DNA from: Hyperthermus butylicus DSM 5456
Lineage (GTDB): Archaea; Thermoproteota; Thermoprotei_A; Sulfolobales; Pyrodictiaceae
Direction of reading: 5' to 3'
DNA length: 32,000 bases
Assembly: GCF_000015145.1 (NCBI RefSeq)
Contig: NC_008818.1
Span: 1,080,001 to 1,112,000, forward strand
A program made the position numbers and the translations under genes. This document shows positions 17,260 to 25,887 of this stretch, piece by piece; the stretch's first letter is position 1; each line of letters opens with the position of its first letter. Below the pieces are notes generated by a model. That model was not told the origin of the DNA. It searched no databases and was given only the letters and a program-made list of their open reading frames with translations.

Positions 17260-17691
17260 CTACTGCCTCCTCTTCGGTATGATTATCTCAACTATCTTGT
17301 TTGGCCTCACTCTAACACTGATAGCTGAGGGATCAGCGTCTGGCGGTAGCGGTAGCTCATGGCGATAGTGGCGGAATGTTACACTCCTACCGAGGCTCGT
17401 ACCGTAGAGGTCGCTGAAACTCACCTCCCGCTCTAGCCTAGCCTCTATCACGAGCCTAGTCTCGGTAGCCTTTACCTCTAGGGAGGAGGTATCAGCAGCT
17501 GCTAGGTCGACAAGCACTATGTATCTGTCCGGGTACTCGTACATCGTGTAGAGGGGCTGTATGCTGCCATCGGGTGACCAGCTAAGCCTCATAACCTCCT
17601 CCATCTCCGAGAATGCCTGGTCTATCTCCCTAACAATCCTCTCACGTAGCCTTTCAAGCCTCCTTCTAATATCCTCGTAGACCGACATCAC
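17260..17691 (-). CDS. Small heat shock protein Hsp20 / alpha-crystallin family
   Basis: YEYPDRYIVLVDLAAADTSSLEVKATETRLVIEARLE...FRHYRHELPLPPDADPSAISVRVRPNKIVEIIIPKR; alpha-crystallin domain pattern. Confidence 0.8.
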   Translation of the reverse strand: MMSVYEDIRRRLERLRERIVREIDQAFSEMEEVMRLSWSPDGSIQPLYTMYEYPDRYIVLVDLAAADTSSLEVKATETRLVIEARLEREVSFSDLYGTSLGRSVTFRHYRHELPLPPDADPSAISVRVRPNKIVEIIIPKRRQ

Positions 17692-17709
17692 ATTCCACCC
17701 CCACCGCGT

Positions 17710-18477
17710 CTAGGTGTAAATGAGTGGTGATGGAGTTCTCATCTCGCTCATTGCCTGCTTTGTCTGCCTCATCAGGTTGCGTAGCCTGAGCCTTACCATC
17801 TCTGCTTGCTCGAGCAGCTTATTCACATCTATCGATACACCGGTTATCTTCGAGACTATTGAAAGTACTGCTGCCGCTGCCTCGGGGTCGGGGAACTCGA
17901 TGTAGGCGTCTGCTAGGAGTACCAGGTTTGCCACTCTACTCCTAATGGCGTTCTTGAGTATTAGGGCGTAGGGACCAACGAGGTATCCGTTGATGAATCC
18001 TTCGATTCCAATGTTTTCGACTAGCTTGCGTGCCTTTTCGTTGCTAGCTATCCAATAAACGTTCGGCTTCTCCATGTTAACCCTGTTTGGCGACGCTATG
18101 CCAACTATTGATATGAGGTAATCTATACCTCTCTTCAATGCGTAGTCTACTATGAGTTTTGAGAGAGGATAGACTGCTTGGGGCGGTACTGGTGTCTCAG
18201 CAGAGAGCGCCATGATGTTGTCCTTAACGTATATCCTTAGCGGCGGTCTAACAATCCCATTGGAAATAACCGCTACCGGTGGCATCATCGATGCGAGGTC
18301 GATCCCCGCAACCTCCTTCATCGATAGCACTTCTACAAGGTGGTTCGACGATATTACACCAACCAGGCCCGTGTCGGGCAGGCCTAGGATCAGGAAGCTC
18401 GGCTTCTTAACCTCAAACTCCTCGTACTCCACGAGTAGAAGACCGTCATACTCCTCCTCGTAGACCGGCCGTAACAA
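17710..18477 (-). CDS. PAC2-like proteasome assembly chaperone family protein
   Basis: SFLILGLPDTGLVGVISSNHLVEVLSMKEVAGIDLASMMPPVAVISNGIVRPPLRIY ... PNVYWIASNEKARKLVENIG. Confidence 0.88.
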   Translation of the reverse strand: MLRPVYEEEYDGLLLVEYEEFEVKKPSFLILGLPDTGLVGVISSNHLVEVLSMKEVAGIDLASMMPPVAVISNGIVRPPLRIYVKDNIMALSAETPVPPQAVYPLSKLIVDYALKRGIDYLISIVGIASPNRVNMEKPNVYWIASNEKARKLVENIGIEGFINGYLVGPYALILKNAIRSRVANLVLLADAYIEFPDPEAAAAVLSIVSKITGVSIDVNKLLEQAEMVRLRLRNLMRQTKQAMSEMRTPSPLIYT

Positions 18478-18566
18478 GGGACTACTGCCCTCAGCTAGAG
18501 AGGGAGATCATGTCACGCCCCCTAATGGGTTTCCCCGAACAGCATCACGGAAGCGTGGGGTACTAG

Positions 18567-18917
18567 TTAGCCCAGTTCTTCCAGGAGGAGTCGTAGTGTG
18601 AGGCTTGCATCCCTAAGACCGTCTATCAGCCTTCCAGACCGGTATAGTGTTGCTAGCAGTGTAGCTGTCTTGGAGAGAGCCGTGGTTAGCGGTGCTCCGA
18701 GGGCTATGCTTGCTGCTGTAAGTGGTATGGTTGCAATGTTTGCTATTAGACTTGCTCTCTCGGAGGGCGTGAGGTGTACTACTCGGAGGCCATTGTGTAT
18801 CTCCCTAACAGCTCTACCCAGCTCCACAAGGCTTGCCCGGGCTTCGCGATAGCTATCGATCCTCTCTGAGAGCCTCCTTGCTAGCAGTCTTACACTAGTG
18901 TCTAGCTGTGCCTGCAT
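18567..18917 (-). CDS. Hypothetical helical or membrane-associated protein
   Basis: 116-aa ORF with an amphipathic N-terminal helix and a hydrophobic central segment (SLIANIATIPLTAASIALGAPLTTALSKTATLLATLY). Confidence 0.5.
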   Translation of the reverse strand: MQAQLDTSVRLLARRLSERIDSYREARASLVELGRAVREIHNGLRVVHLTPSERASLIANIATIPLTAASIALGAPLTTALSKTATLLATLYRSGRLIDGLRDASLTLRLLLEELG

Positions 18918-18996
18918 TTGCGGGCCCCACTACTGCTAGGTTCTGGTGCAAGGCTATTCCCAGCTGTGGGCCTGCTAATACCTGCTGTGTTTCATG

Positions 18997-19026
18997 GTCT
19001 CCCGGTGTTACTAGGGTCTGGGAGAC
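18997..19026. repeat. Inverted repeat GTCTCCC...GGGAGAC with 16-nt spacer
   Basis: Perfect 7-bp stem read directly at 18997-19003 and 19020-19026, extendable with one G-U and one G-C pair. Confidence 0.5.
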
Positions 19027-19158
19027 GGGGGCGGGGGGCTGGTTGCTACCCGGCTCCCCGGAAATCATGTTGTAATGTGGATGTCCACAATACATCTTTC
19101 AACCGTTAATACGTTTATATTCCCCCACAGGTATAGGTGGGAGCCGTGGGAGCCCCAC

Positions 19159-19500
19159 TTGACCGAGGTAATTATAGTATCTAGCGAGGACGATGGAGCT
19201 GCATGGTTCAAGAAGGGCAAAATATACATCAACGTTAGGTGGCTAAATCTGGAGGAGGAGGCAGAGTGGTTTATCGATGAGAGCTTTATGCATGAGTATA
19301 TCGAACATCTCCTCGGTCTCGGCCACAACAGTGCTATCTACGTCGAGAAGGTGCTGAGGAAACTGCTCTACAGCGAGTGGTATGGGTTCAACCCAGTAAA
19401 CCTACTATACGGCCGCACTGTTAGGAGGCACCGCTGGGAGCAGGGAGTTAGTAGAGCATCCTCACGGCCTGTGCATGTGGCACCCCGGCAATCCTTATGA
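19159..19500 (+). CDS. Hypothetical protein with a histidine/glutamate-rich putative metal-binding motif
   Basis: WFIDESFMHEYIEHLLGLGHNSAIYVEKVLRKLL. The ORF is open from 19075, but the TATA-like GTTTATATT at about 19108 and the in-frame TTG at 19159 favour the shorter form. Confidence 0.6.
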   Translation: MTEVIIVSSEDDGAAWFKKGKIYINVRWLNLEEEAEWFIDESFMHEYIEHLLGLGHNSAIYVEKVLRKLLYSEWYGFNPVNLLYGRTVRRHRWEQGVSRASSRPVHVAPRQSL

Positions 19501-19768
19501 CCGCGTCAGGGTGTATGAGGCCCTCTTTTATGGCAGCATTAACAGTGTTTTCGCCAACGAGGTTTAGAATCGTAGCCTCCCAAGCTCTTTGCATGGCATA
19601 GCTTAGCGGTACTAGCTGGCCACGGTAAAACTCCTCGTTAATGTGGAGCACTAGTTCCCCCTCGACAAACTTCTTGCCCAGAAGTTCCTCGTCACAGATG
19701 GCTACTATCTTCTCGCCATGAACCTCCATCACTTTCATGTAAACCATTGGCTCACCGCTAGACCCCAT
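19448..19768 (-). CDS. DUF424 family protein
   Basis: MVYMKVMEVHGEKIVAICDEELLGKKFVEGELVLHINEEFYRG...ATILNLVGENTVNAAIKEGLIHPDAVIRIAGVPHAQ. Confidence 0.82.
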   Translation of the reverse strand: MGSSGEPMVYMKVMEVHGEKIVAICDEELLGKKFVEGELVLHINEEFYRGQLVPLSYAMQRAWEATILNLVGENTVNAAIKEGLIHPDAVIRIAGVPHAQAVRMLY

Positions 19769-19809
19769 GACTGCTGCACACCCTTCCAGACAGGGGGTGG
19801 ATGGGGTCT

Positions 19810-19821
19810 CCTAATATTAGG
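19810..19821. promoter_or_regulatory. Perfect 12-bp palindrome CCTAATATTAGG, candidate shared TATA-like element between divergent genes
   Basis: Read directly, midway between the DUF424 gene (minus) and the aIF2-beta gene (plus). Confidence 0.4.
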
Positions 19822-19886
19822 GACGGGTGTCACACCCATTTTTAGGGATTGTAGCCAGTAGAGGAGGATCCTGGAGGGAGATAGGT

Positions 19887-20324
19887 GTGGTTGACCCGGA
19901 GGCTAAGCTGCTCTACGACTACGACCACCTGCTTAGCAGACTGTATAGTAGACTGCCAACTAGGACGGGTAAGGCTTCGAGATTCGAGCTTCCGAGACTG
20001 CAGGTAGAGCGCATAGGTTCGAAGACCATTATCAGGAACTTCAAACAGCTAGCAGATGTTATGAGGCGTGAGCCACGGATACTCATGCGCTACCTGCTAA
20101 AGGAGCTTGGCGCTAGTGGCAACTACGACGAGGAGAACGGTATGCTAGTGATAAACGTCAAAGTCTCAATCACGACACTCAATAACCTCATGCAAAGGTT
20201 CGTTAAGACCTACGTTATATGCCCAACCTGTGGCGCCCCTGACACCAGGCTTGAGAGGAGGGGTAAGGCCTGGGTACTCATCTGCGAAGCTTGTGGCGCA
20301 GAGCAGCCCGTACCACCACTATAG
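19887..20324 (+). CDS. Translation initiation factor aIF2 subunit beta
   Basis: YDHLLSRLYSRLP...RFELPRLQVERIGSKTIIRNFKQLADVMRREPRILMRYLLKELG...RFVKTYVICPTCGAPDTRLERRGKAWVLICEACGAEQPV. GTG at 19887 is preceded by GGAGGGAGA; the ORF is open from 19827. Confidence 0.93.
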   Translation: MVDPEAKLLYDYDHLLSRLYSRLPTRTGKASRFELPRLQVERIGSKTIIRNFKQLADVMRREPRILMRYLLKELGASGNYDEENGMLVINVKVSITTLNNLMQRFVKTYVICPTCGAPDTRLERRGKAWVLICEACGAEQPVPPL

Positions 20325-20358
20325 CCCGAGCCGCCCAGGCCTACGGGATGGAGTAGTC

Positions 20359-21093
20359 ATGCTTAGGAGTCTAGCTGCAAGGTTTCTAAGAGGCAAAGTT
20401 TCCAGGGGGAGACTCCCCCGCCACATAGCCATCATACCTGACGGCAATCGTAGGTGGGCGCGCAAGCAAGGCCTTCCAGTTTATGCCGGCCACGCTGCCG
20501 GGTATCGTGTGGCACGGCGTACCCTCGACCTCCTCTGGGAGCTAGGCGTGGACTACGTGACGTTCTATGCGCTCTCCCGTGAGAACTGCCTACGGAGGCC
20601 CCTTGAGGAGCGCGAGCACCTCTACAAGCTCCTGCTAAGGGCTATAGATGACCTTCTCACGGATCCCCGTGTAGTCAACGGTAGTGTCCGCGTATACTTT
20701 GTTGGCGACTTTACACTACTGCCGGGTCAGCTCGCTGAAAGGCTAGAGGAGGTTAATGCTGCCACAGCCACTAATGGACCCAATGTACTGACTATAGCGA
20801 CTTGTTATGGTGGCCGTTGGGAGGTTCTCGAGACACTACGCAGCCTAGCCACAAAGGGATTTGTGCCCAACGATGAGGAGGAGCTGCGGAAGCTTATGCC
20901 TCTCGGCTTGCTCCCAGAGCCGGATCTGCTCATAAGGACTGGTGGAGAGTTACGGCTTAGCGGCTTCCTGCTATACCACGTAGCCTATACGGAGCTATAC
21001 TTCACTCGGCGCTTGTGGCCCGAGTTTGACGAGTTTGAGCTTCTTCGTGCTCTCCGCTCTTACCAGATGAGGGAGCGTAGGTTCGGGCGATAG
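20359..21093 (+). CDS. uppS: Cis-prenyltransferase / (di)trans,poly-cis-undecaprenyl diphosphate synthase family
   Basis: LPRHIAIIPDGNRRWARKQGLPVYAGHAAGYR...LYALSRENCLRRP-type region and LLIRTGGELRLSGFLLYHVAYTELYFTRRLWPEF. ATG 20359; the ORF is open from 20230 into aIF2-beta. Confidence 0.92.
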   Translation: MLRSLAARFLRGKVSRGRLPRHIAIIPDGNRRWARKQGLPVYAGHAAGYRVARRTLDLLWELGVDYVTFYALSRENCLRRPLEEREHLYKLLLRAIDDLLTDPRVVNGSVRVYFVGDFTLLPGQLAERLEEVNAATATNGPNVLTIATCYGGRWEVLETLRSLATKGFVPNDEEELRKLMPLGLLPEPDLLIRTGGELRLSGFLLYHVAYTELYFTRRLWPEFDEFELLRALRSYQMRERRFGR

Positions 21094-22159
21094 CCTTCTC
21101 CAGGCTCTTGGCTAGCCTCCACGTCACCGCCACCGCTACCACTGAGCCTATCGCATACATATGGAAGTTAACCCTCACGAGAGAGGCTATGAACTCCGTC
21201 AGTGTAACGGTCTCAGTAGCTTCTAGCGCATCTGCGATACTGTCAGCTAGTGCGACAGCAGCGATTATGACCGCTATGGCTGTTATCTCGCGAGCGAGCC
21301 GGATACTGCCAGAGATAAACTTTGATGCAGCATGACCTAATATTGCGATGCTCGCAGAGAAGCCTAGAAGTGCAGTTACGCCACGCACAAGGGAAGCCAT
21401 ATCATGCGGCGTTAACTGCTCAGAAGCGTGTAGCTGAGCTGCTGTTAGCCCTACAGCTATTGCAGCCGAGATCCCTGCAACAACGTAGGCTACAAGGGTC
21501 ACCGGGGTCTCGGTTAGCGCATGCACTATCTTGTCCTCTATGTCGAAGCCCCGGACAACCATTGCAAGTCCGGCAATCATAAGACCTATGAGAAGTGCTT
21601 GGCGAAGCATGTTCATGAGGGCTAACATGGAGAATACCACGAGTATAACACCGGGAACGCCTAGGAAGAGCCGAGAGAACCTCGGCTCGGTAAACGCTTT
21701 CCTGATATACCTTGCCAATAGGACGTAGGTCTCCTCCACGCCTCGGTGCTGCTTTACAACCACCCGGTGGACCCCATAGACCGGCCGTATCGAGGATATC
21801 ATGTGTAGTAGCAACTCGTCCTCGGAGCCATCAGATACCAATACTATACCGTCAGGGTTATACTTAGAGACCAACTCCTCAAGCTGCGAGCGGGCGATAA
21901 GCGTAGCCTCAACACCGCCAAGCTCGCTTCCAGCCACAACGGCTGGTTCCGCCTCATAGCCCTGTCTCCTAAGTTCATCAGCCAGCTTTACCGCTGCGAA
22001 GAGGACATTTGCGTCAGAATCCTCCGGGTCGTAAAGGGCGAAGCGTACAGCTGTGTCTAAAACCTCTCTTCTACCCAGTATGGGGGTTTGTAGGCCAGCT
22101 TTGCCAAGGTCGTTGTCTATGTCAACTGCTAGCACTAGCAGCTTCTTCCTCTCCGGCAT
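21002..22159 (-). CDS. DUF373 family membrane protein
   Basis: LLVLAVDIDNDLGKAGLQTPILGRREVLDTAVRFALYDPEDSDANVLFAAVKLADEL followed by about 6-7 TM helices. Confidence 0.88.
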   Translation of the reverse strand: MPERKKLLVLAVDIDNDLGKAGLQTPILGRREVLDTAVRFALYDPEDSDANVLFAAVKLADELRRQGYEAEPAVVAGSELGGVEATLIARSQLEELVSKYNPDGIVLVSDGSEDELLLHMISSIRPVYGVHRVVVKQHRGVEETYVLLARYIRKAFTEPRFSRLFLGVPGVILVVFSMLALMNMLRQALLIGLMIAGLAMVVRGFDIEDKIVHALTETPVTLVAYVVAGISAAIAVGLTAAQLHASEQLTPHDMASLVRGVTALLGFSASIAILGHAASKFISGSIRLAREITAIAVIIAAVALADSIADALEATETVTLTEFIASLVRVNFHMYAIGSVVAVAVTWRLAKSLEKAIARTYAPSSGKSGEHEEAQTRQTRATSAE

Positions 22160-23060
22160 TACCCTCTTCCTCTAGCTCCTCGGGGCTGCTAGCGTAGAGG
22201 AGCTTCAGCTCATCTATAGTGAGCGGCTCACCCCGTTTAAGCTTCTCCTCAACTATCTTCTTCCTCTCCCTCAGCACTTGTAGCGCTCTAGCCTTCTCAC
22301 GGTTCATCCTTAGCTCCTGCAGCTGCGTGAGAGCCTCTCTGAGAGCTGTCACACGGTCAGCTATTTCCTGGGATAGCTTGTCTATCTCGGCTGAGAGATC
22401 CTCAATCCTCTTTGTGAGCTGGTCTATTTCGGGGCTAAGCTTTTCTATCTCCCCCCTTATCGACGCTATTTTCTCGTCTATCCGTGATATAGCAGCGCTC
22501 CGCGACCTAATCTCCTGGCCATAGCTTCGAAGCTTAAGCCGAAGGGCTATCAGCTCAGCCCGCTTAGAGGCTAGCTCCTGGAGAACCTGCCTAGACTGCA
22601 GGGTCTTCTCTAGGAGTTCCTCGAGCCGTGCTATCTCGTCTATAATCTCCTTTTCCTCCTCCGGGGTGAGTATCTGTGTCTGCTGCCGCCACTCCAGCTC
22701 CTCTATACGACGCCTTATAGCAGCAATACTCTTCCTCGCCAGGGGCCTTAGCTCAGCAGCTATCCTACGTTGCTTCTCGAGTTCCACCACAGCCTGGTTG
22801 ATCTTAGCAAGGAGTTCACGGCGCTCCTGCCTCAGCCTCCGAACCTCCTCCACTAACTGCCTCCTTTCCTCCCTCAAGCTACGAAGCTCATCCCGCAGCT
22901 GCCTGACCCTCTCTATAAGCCCTCTCCGCTTCTGGCGTAGGCTGCGAACCTCCTCGATGAGATGATAGCGCTGCTCCTTTAGCCTCTTGATCTCCTCGCG
23001 TAGCGCCGTAATCCTCTGCAGCAACTCCTCCTCGCTTAGACCCATAAGCTCGCTGCTCAA
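22122..23060 (-). CDS. Long coiled-coil protein (COG1340-like)
   Basis: Nearly continuous heptad repeats (EEIKRLKEQRYHLIEEVRSLRQKRRGLIERVRQLRDELRSLREERRQLVEEVRRLRQERRELLAK...) with IDELKLLYA near the C-terminus. Confidence 0.78.
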   Translation of the reverse strand: MSSELMGLSEEELLQRITALREEIKRLKEQRYHLIEEVRSLRQKRRGLIERVRQLRDELRSLREERRQLVEEVRRLRQERRELLAKINQAVVELEKQRRIAAELRPLARKSIAAIRRRIEELEWRQQTQILTPEEEKEIIDEIARLEELLEKTLQSRQVLQELASKRAELIALRLKLRSYGQEIRSRSAAISRIDEKIASIRGEIEKLSPEIDQLTKRIEDLSAEIDKLSQEIADRVTALREALTQLQELRMNREKARALQVLRERKKIVEEKLKRGEPLTIDELKLLYASSPEELEEEGNAGEEEAASASS

Positions 23061-23134
23061 GGCTTTCCCAACCCTTAACTGCTCAGGGGCTTGGTGTGCC
23101 GGGTCTCCGCGTGGGAGGAGGCTACAGCTATATT

Positions 23135-23590
23135 TTACTCCCGTTGCCTGCTCCGCTCGAAGCCGTAGAGGATGCGTCGCAGTGTTACCGTCCTAGCACC
23201 AGCCACTATTTCTAATACTATGTCAGCAAGCTTTTCGGGTAGCAAGGTCTCGGAGAGGTCGTGGAACCTACCGGTTCTCCTTGCAAGCTCTACTGCTACG
23301 AGGTGATAGCAAGGTTCCAGCTGACCCATGCCTAGAACATGGATCATGAAGTGGGGGCATGAACAATAAGTCCCCGGTACTACGAGGTAGTCGGACTCCC
23401 TGCCAAGCACAACCCACAGCTCAACAGGCATCCTTGCAAGCCTTACTACACGTAGCTCGCCCTGTGCTGCCCGCGCCTCGGGCGAGGGACTCTCGATTGC
23501 CCTGCGGAGCCTATCTCTCAGCTCTCCTAGCCTTCGCGCCAGCAGATAGCCTTGTGCGTCTACACCTCCACTCCTCGCTTCTACCGTCAC
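23135..23590 (-). CDS. SWIM zinc-finger protein
   Basis: YLVVPGTYCSCPHFMIHVLGMGQLEPCYHLVAVELARR: CxC...CxH SWIM signature. The true start may be inside, since the first ~25 codons overlap rpiA. Confidence 0.85.
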   Translation of the reverse strand: MTVEARSGGVDAQGYLLARRLGELRDRLRRAIESPSPEARAAQGELRVVRLARMPVELWVVLGRESDYLVVPGTYCSCPHFMIHVLGMGQLEPCYHLVAVELARRTGRFHDLSETLLPEKLADIVLEIVAGARTVTLRRILYGFERSRQRE

Positions 23591-24275
23591 CGTAGCCCAC
23601 CACTATAGCGTCCATGTAGCCTATGAATAGACCGTGGCCCATTACGCCGGGAAGAGTGTCAAGCAGCGACTCATACTGTATGGGGCTCATAACGCCCCAG
23701 GGCCACGTGTCTATGACGATGCCATAGTTGTCAGTAAAGGCTGGGCCATCCCTACAGCTACAGTTTGTCCTCACTTCCGCACGTATACCCCTTGATTCGA
23801 ACTCCTCTACTATGGTTTCAACCGCTGGCGGTACAACCTCAACGGGTACCGGCTTCCCCTTGTCACCAAGGTTTCTCGAGACCTTAGACTCGTCGACCAC
23901 TAGCAGTGTATAGGCGCTGTTGAAAGCTAGTAGCTTCTCCCGCAACATGGCCGCCCCGCGGCCTTTAACGGCCATACACATATCCGAGACCCTTGCAACT
24001 TCGTCAGCCCCGTCAAAGTATACGTCTAGACCGTCCCGAGGCAGGAAATCATAGGCCTCAATGCCAAGTCTGCGTAGCTCGAGCAGCGTGTCGAAGCTCG
24101 AAGCGTATACCTTGGCGCGGCGCAACGCGGATGCAGCTGGCGACTCGATAAGGAATCTAAGAACGAGCCTCACTGTGGAGCCCGTACCAATTCCTATCCT
24201 TTCAGCTCTCTCTATGAGGGGTTCCAGAATCTCGGCTGCACGTCTAGCTGCCTCCACCTTTGCAAGTGCAGTCAA
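23511..24275 (-). CDS. rpiA: Ribose-5-phosphate isomerase A
   Basis: RIGIGTGSTVRLVLRFL, DVYFDGADEVARVSDMCMAVKGRGAAMLREKLLAFNS, VPVEVVPPA. Confidence 0.93.
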   Translation of the reverse strand: MTALAKVEAARRAAEILEPLIERAERIGIGTGSTVRLVLRFLIESPAASALRRAKVYASSFDTLLELRRLGIEAYDFLPRDGLDVYFDGADEVARVSDMCMAVKGRGAAMLREKLLAFNSAYTLLVVDESKVSRNLGDKGKPVPVEVVPPAVETIVEEFESRGIRAEVRTNCSCRDGPAFTDNYGIVIDTWPWGVMSPIQYESLLDTLPGVMGHGLFIGYMDAIVVGYGDGRSEEWRCRRTRLSAGAKARRAER

Positions 24276-25569
24276 CCACGCGTCCCCGTAGGTCGTACCA
24301 GGTTGCGTCTACTACTTCAATGCACCTCCACTCACCCGGCCTAGCCGAGCCCTCTGGCAGTATTACTGGCATGTAGTTGTAGAGCTTAGCGTCTAGGCCG
24401 CCGCGCTCGCCCCGTGAGACAACCAGTGCGCAAGCACGGGAGCCTATGTAGCGTCGATGCTCCTCGAGCCCAATCCTCATCACAACCTCTGTGAGCCTCT
24501 TAGACCGCTTCTTCTTCACGGGATCCGGCACTTGTGGCAGACCTGCAGCTACCGTGCGCTGGCGCGGCGTATACTGTGCAAGGTGGACACGTTCAAACCT
24601 CAACTCCTCTATGAGGCGGACCGTGTTTTCAAACGCTTCCTCATCCTCGCCTGGATGACCAACAATAATGTCTGTAGCTATCATTACCCCGGGAACCTTG
24701 TTGCGGATCTCCCTCACGATAGCACGGTATTCGTCGACAGTATAGTTGCGCTTCATAATCCTTAGAACTCGGTCGTCACCACTCTGCACCGGAAGGTGGA
24801 CAAACTTGAACACCTTTGGATGGCGGAACACCTCCAGGAACTCGTCCAGTATCGGCTCCAGCTGATCCGGGCTCATCATGCCTATGCGAACCATGAAGTC
24901 ACCCTCAACCTCTATAACTCGCCGAACTAGCTCTGGCAGCAGCCTCTTACCGTAGAGGTCTATGCCGTAGACTGCGATATCCTGACCCGTAAGCCTTATC
25001 TCGACGGCTCCGAGCCGGACAAGCTCACGAACAAGCTTCACAATATTCTCCACGGGTCTACTGTATACTCTTCTCCTAGCAATTTTCGTGATGCAGAAGC
25101 TGCAGTCCCCGAGGCAGCCCTCTGCTATTGGTACTTCGGCTATTTTCCCGCGAAGCATTAGCCGAGGAGTTGGCTTGAAGAGCGGCTTCGGCTTCTCCCT
25201 CGGAGGGGTGAGAAGGTCTAGACCCCTCTCAACAGCTATGTCCACGAGGTGCACATTATAGGTTGAGACTAGCACTGCTTTCGGTGCTATACGCTTCACC
25301 GTATAGGGCTGAGCACTAGCCATGCATCCTGCAACAACTAGCCTCGCCCCGGTTTTCTCGGCTATTGCTGCCAGCTCTGCTATCCTCCTCTTCATCCTGG
25401 CTTCTGTATCCAGTCTCACCGTACACGTATTGATGATAATCACGTCTGCCTCATCAACACAATTGGTGAAGCTGTAGCCACGGCTACTCAACACACTCCG
25501 CATAATAGCCGTGTCAGCCATGTTTAAAGCACAGCCATAGGTTTCAATGTATACCCTGCCACGCTGCAT
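24244..25569 (-). CDS. Radical SAM tRNA methylthiotransferase (archaeal MiaB-like-B / threonylcarbamoyladenosine methylthiotransferase)
   Basis: VYIETYGCALNMADTAIMRSVL, IINTCTVRLDTE, VAGCMASAQP, radical-SAM CxxxCxxC in VPIAEGCLGDCSFCITKIARR, YSRPVENI. Confidence 0.92.
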   Translation of the reverse strand: MQRGRVYIETYGCALNMADTAIMRSVLSSRGYSFTNCVDEADVIIINTCTVRLDTEARMKRRIAELAAIAEKTGARLVVAGCMASAQPYTVKRIAPKAVLVSTYNVHLVDIAVERGLDLLTPPREKPKPLFKPTPRLMLRGKIAEVPIAEGCLGDCSFCITKIARRRVYSRPVENIVKLVRELVRLGAVEIRLTGQDIAVYGIDLYGKRLLPELVRRVIEVEGDFMVRIGMMSPDQLEPILDEFLEVFRHPKVFKFVHLPVQSGDDRVLRIMKRNYTVDEYRAIVREIRNKVPGVMIATDIIVGHPGEDEEAFENTVRLIEELRFERVHLAQYTPRQRTVAAGLPQVPDPVKKKRSKRLTEVVMRIGLEEHRRYIGSRACALVVSRGERGGLDAKLYNYMPVILPEGSARPGEWRCIEVVDATWYDLRGRVVDCTCKGGGS

Positions 25570-25617
25570 AAGGCCCCCCGATAACCGCCGTAAACACGTG
25601 TTAAACCCTAATAGCTG

Positions 25618-25887
25618 CTACCCGCCCGAGGCAGGCGGCAAGATAACAATCTCGTCGCCATCACGGACTTGCTGGTCGAGCCCGGAGAACCTGCCATTAA
25701 CCAGGTATACAATGTCGAGACCACGAGCCTCCAGCTCCCGCACAAGCTTCTCGAGGCCCGGATAGCGGGTGAACAAGGTCTTCAGCACGTCACGTAGCGT
25801 AGCGTCCTCACCAACCTCAATAACCACCTCGCTGCCACCAACAGCTTCCCTTAGCAGCGAAACAAGTCTAACCCTCACCCGCACCAT
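25618..25887 (-). CDS. Ubiquitin-like sulfur carrier (MoaD/ThiS/SAMP family)
   Basis: VRVRLVSLLREAVGGSEVVIEVGEDATLRDVLKTLFTRYPGLEKL...VNGRFSGLDQQVRDGDEIVILPPASGG*, ending in the diagnostic GG. Confidence 0.9.
   Translation of the reverse strand: MVRVRVRLVSLLREAVGGSEVVIEVGEDATLRDVLKTLFTRYPGLEKLVRELEARGLDIVYLVNGRFSGLDQQVRDGDEIVILPPASGG

Noticed and set aside
22219-22965. Two Ser/Leu-rich plus-strand ORFs (22219..22524, 22666..22965)
   Set aside because: These are mirror translations of a Glu/Leu/Arg coiled-coil gene, a common artefact.
22122-23060. Repetitive Glu/Arg/Leu stretches as a possible DNA repeat array
   Set aside because: The periodicity is at protein level (heptads of a coiled coil), not a nucleotide tandem repeat or CRISPR-like array.
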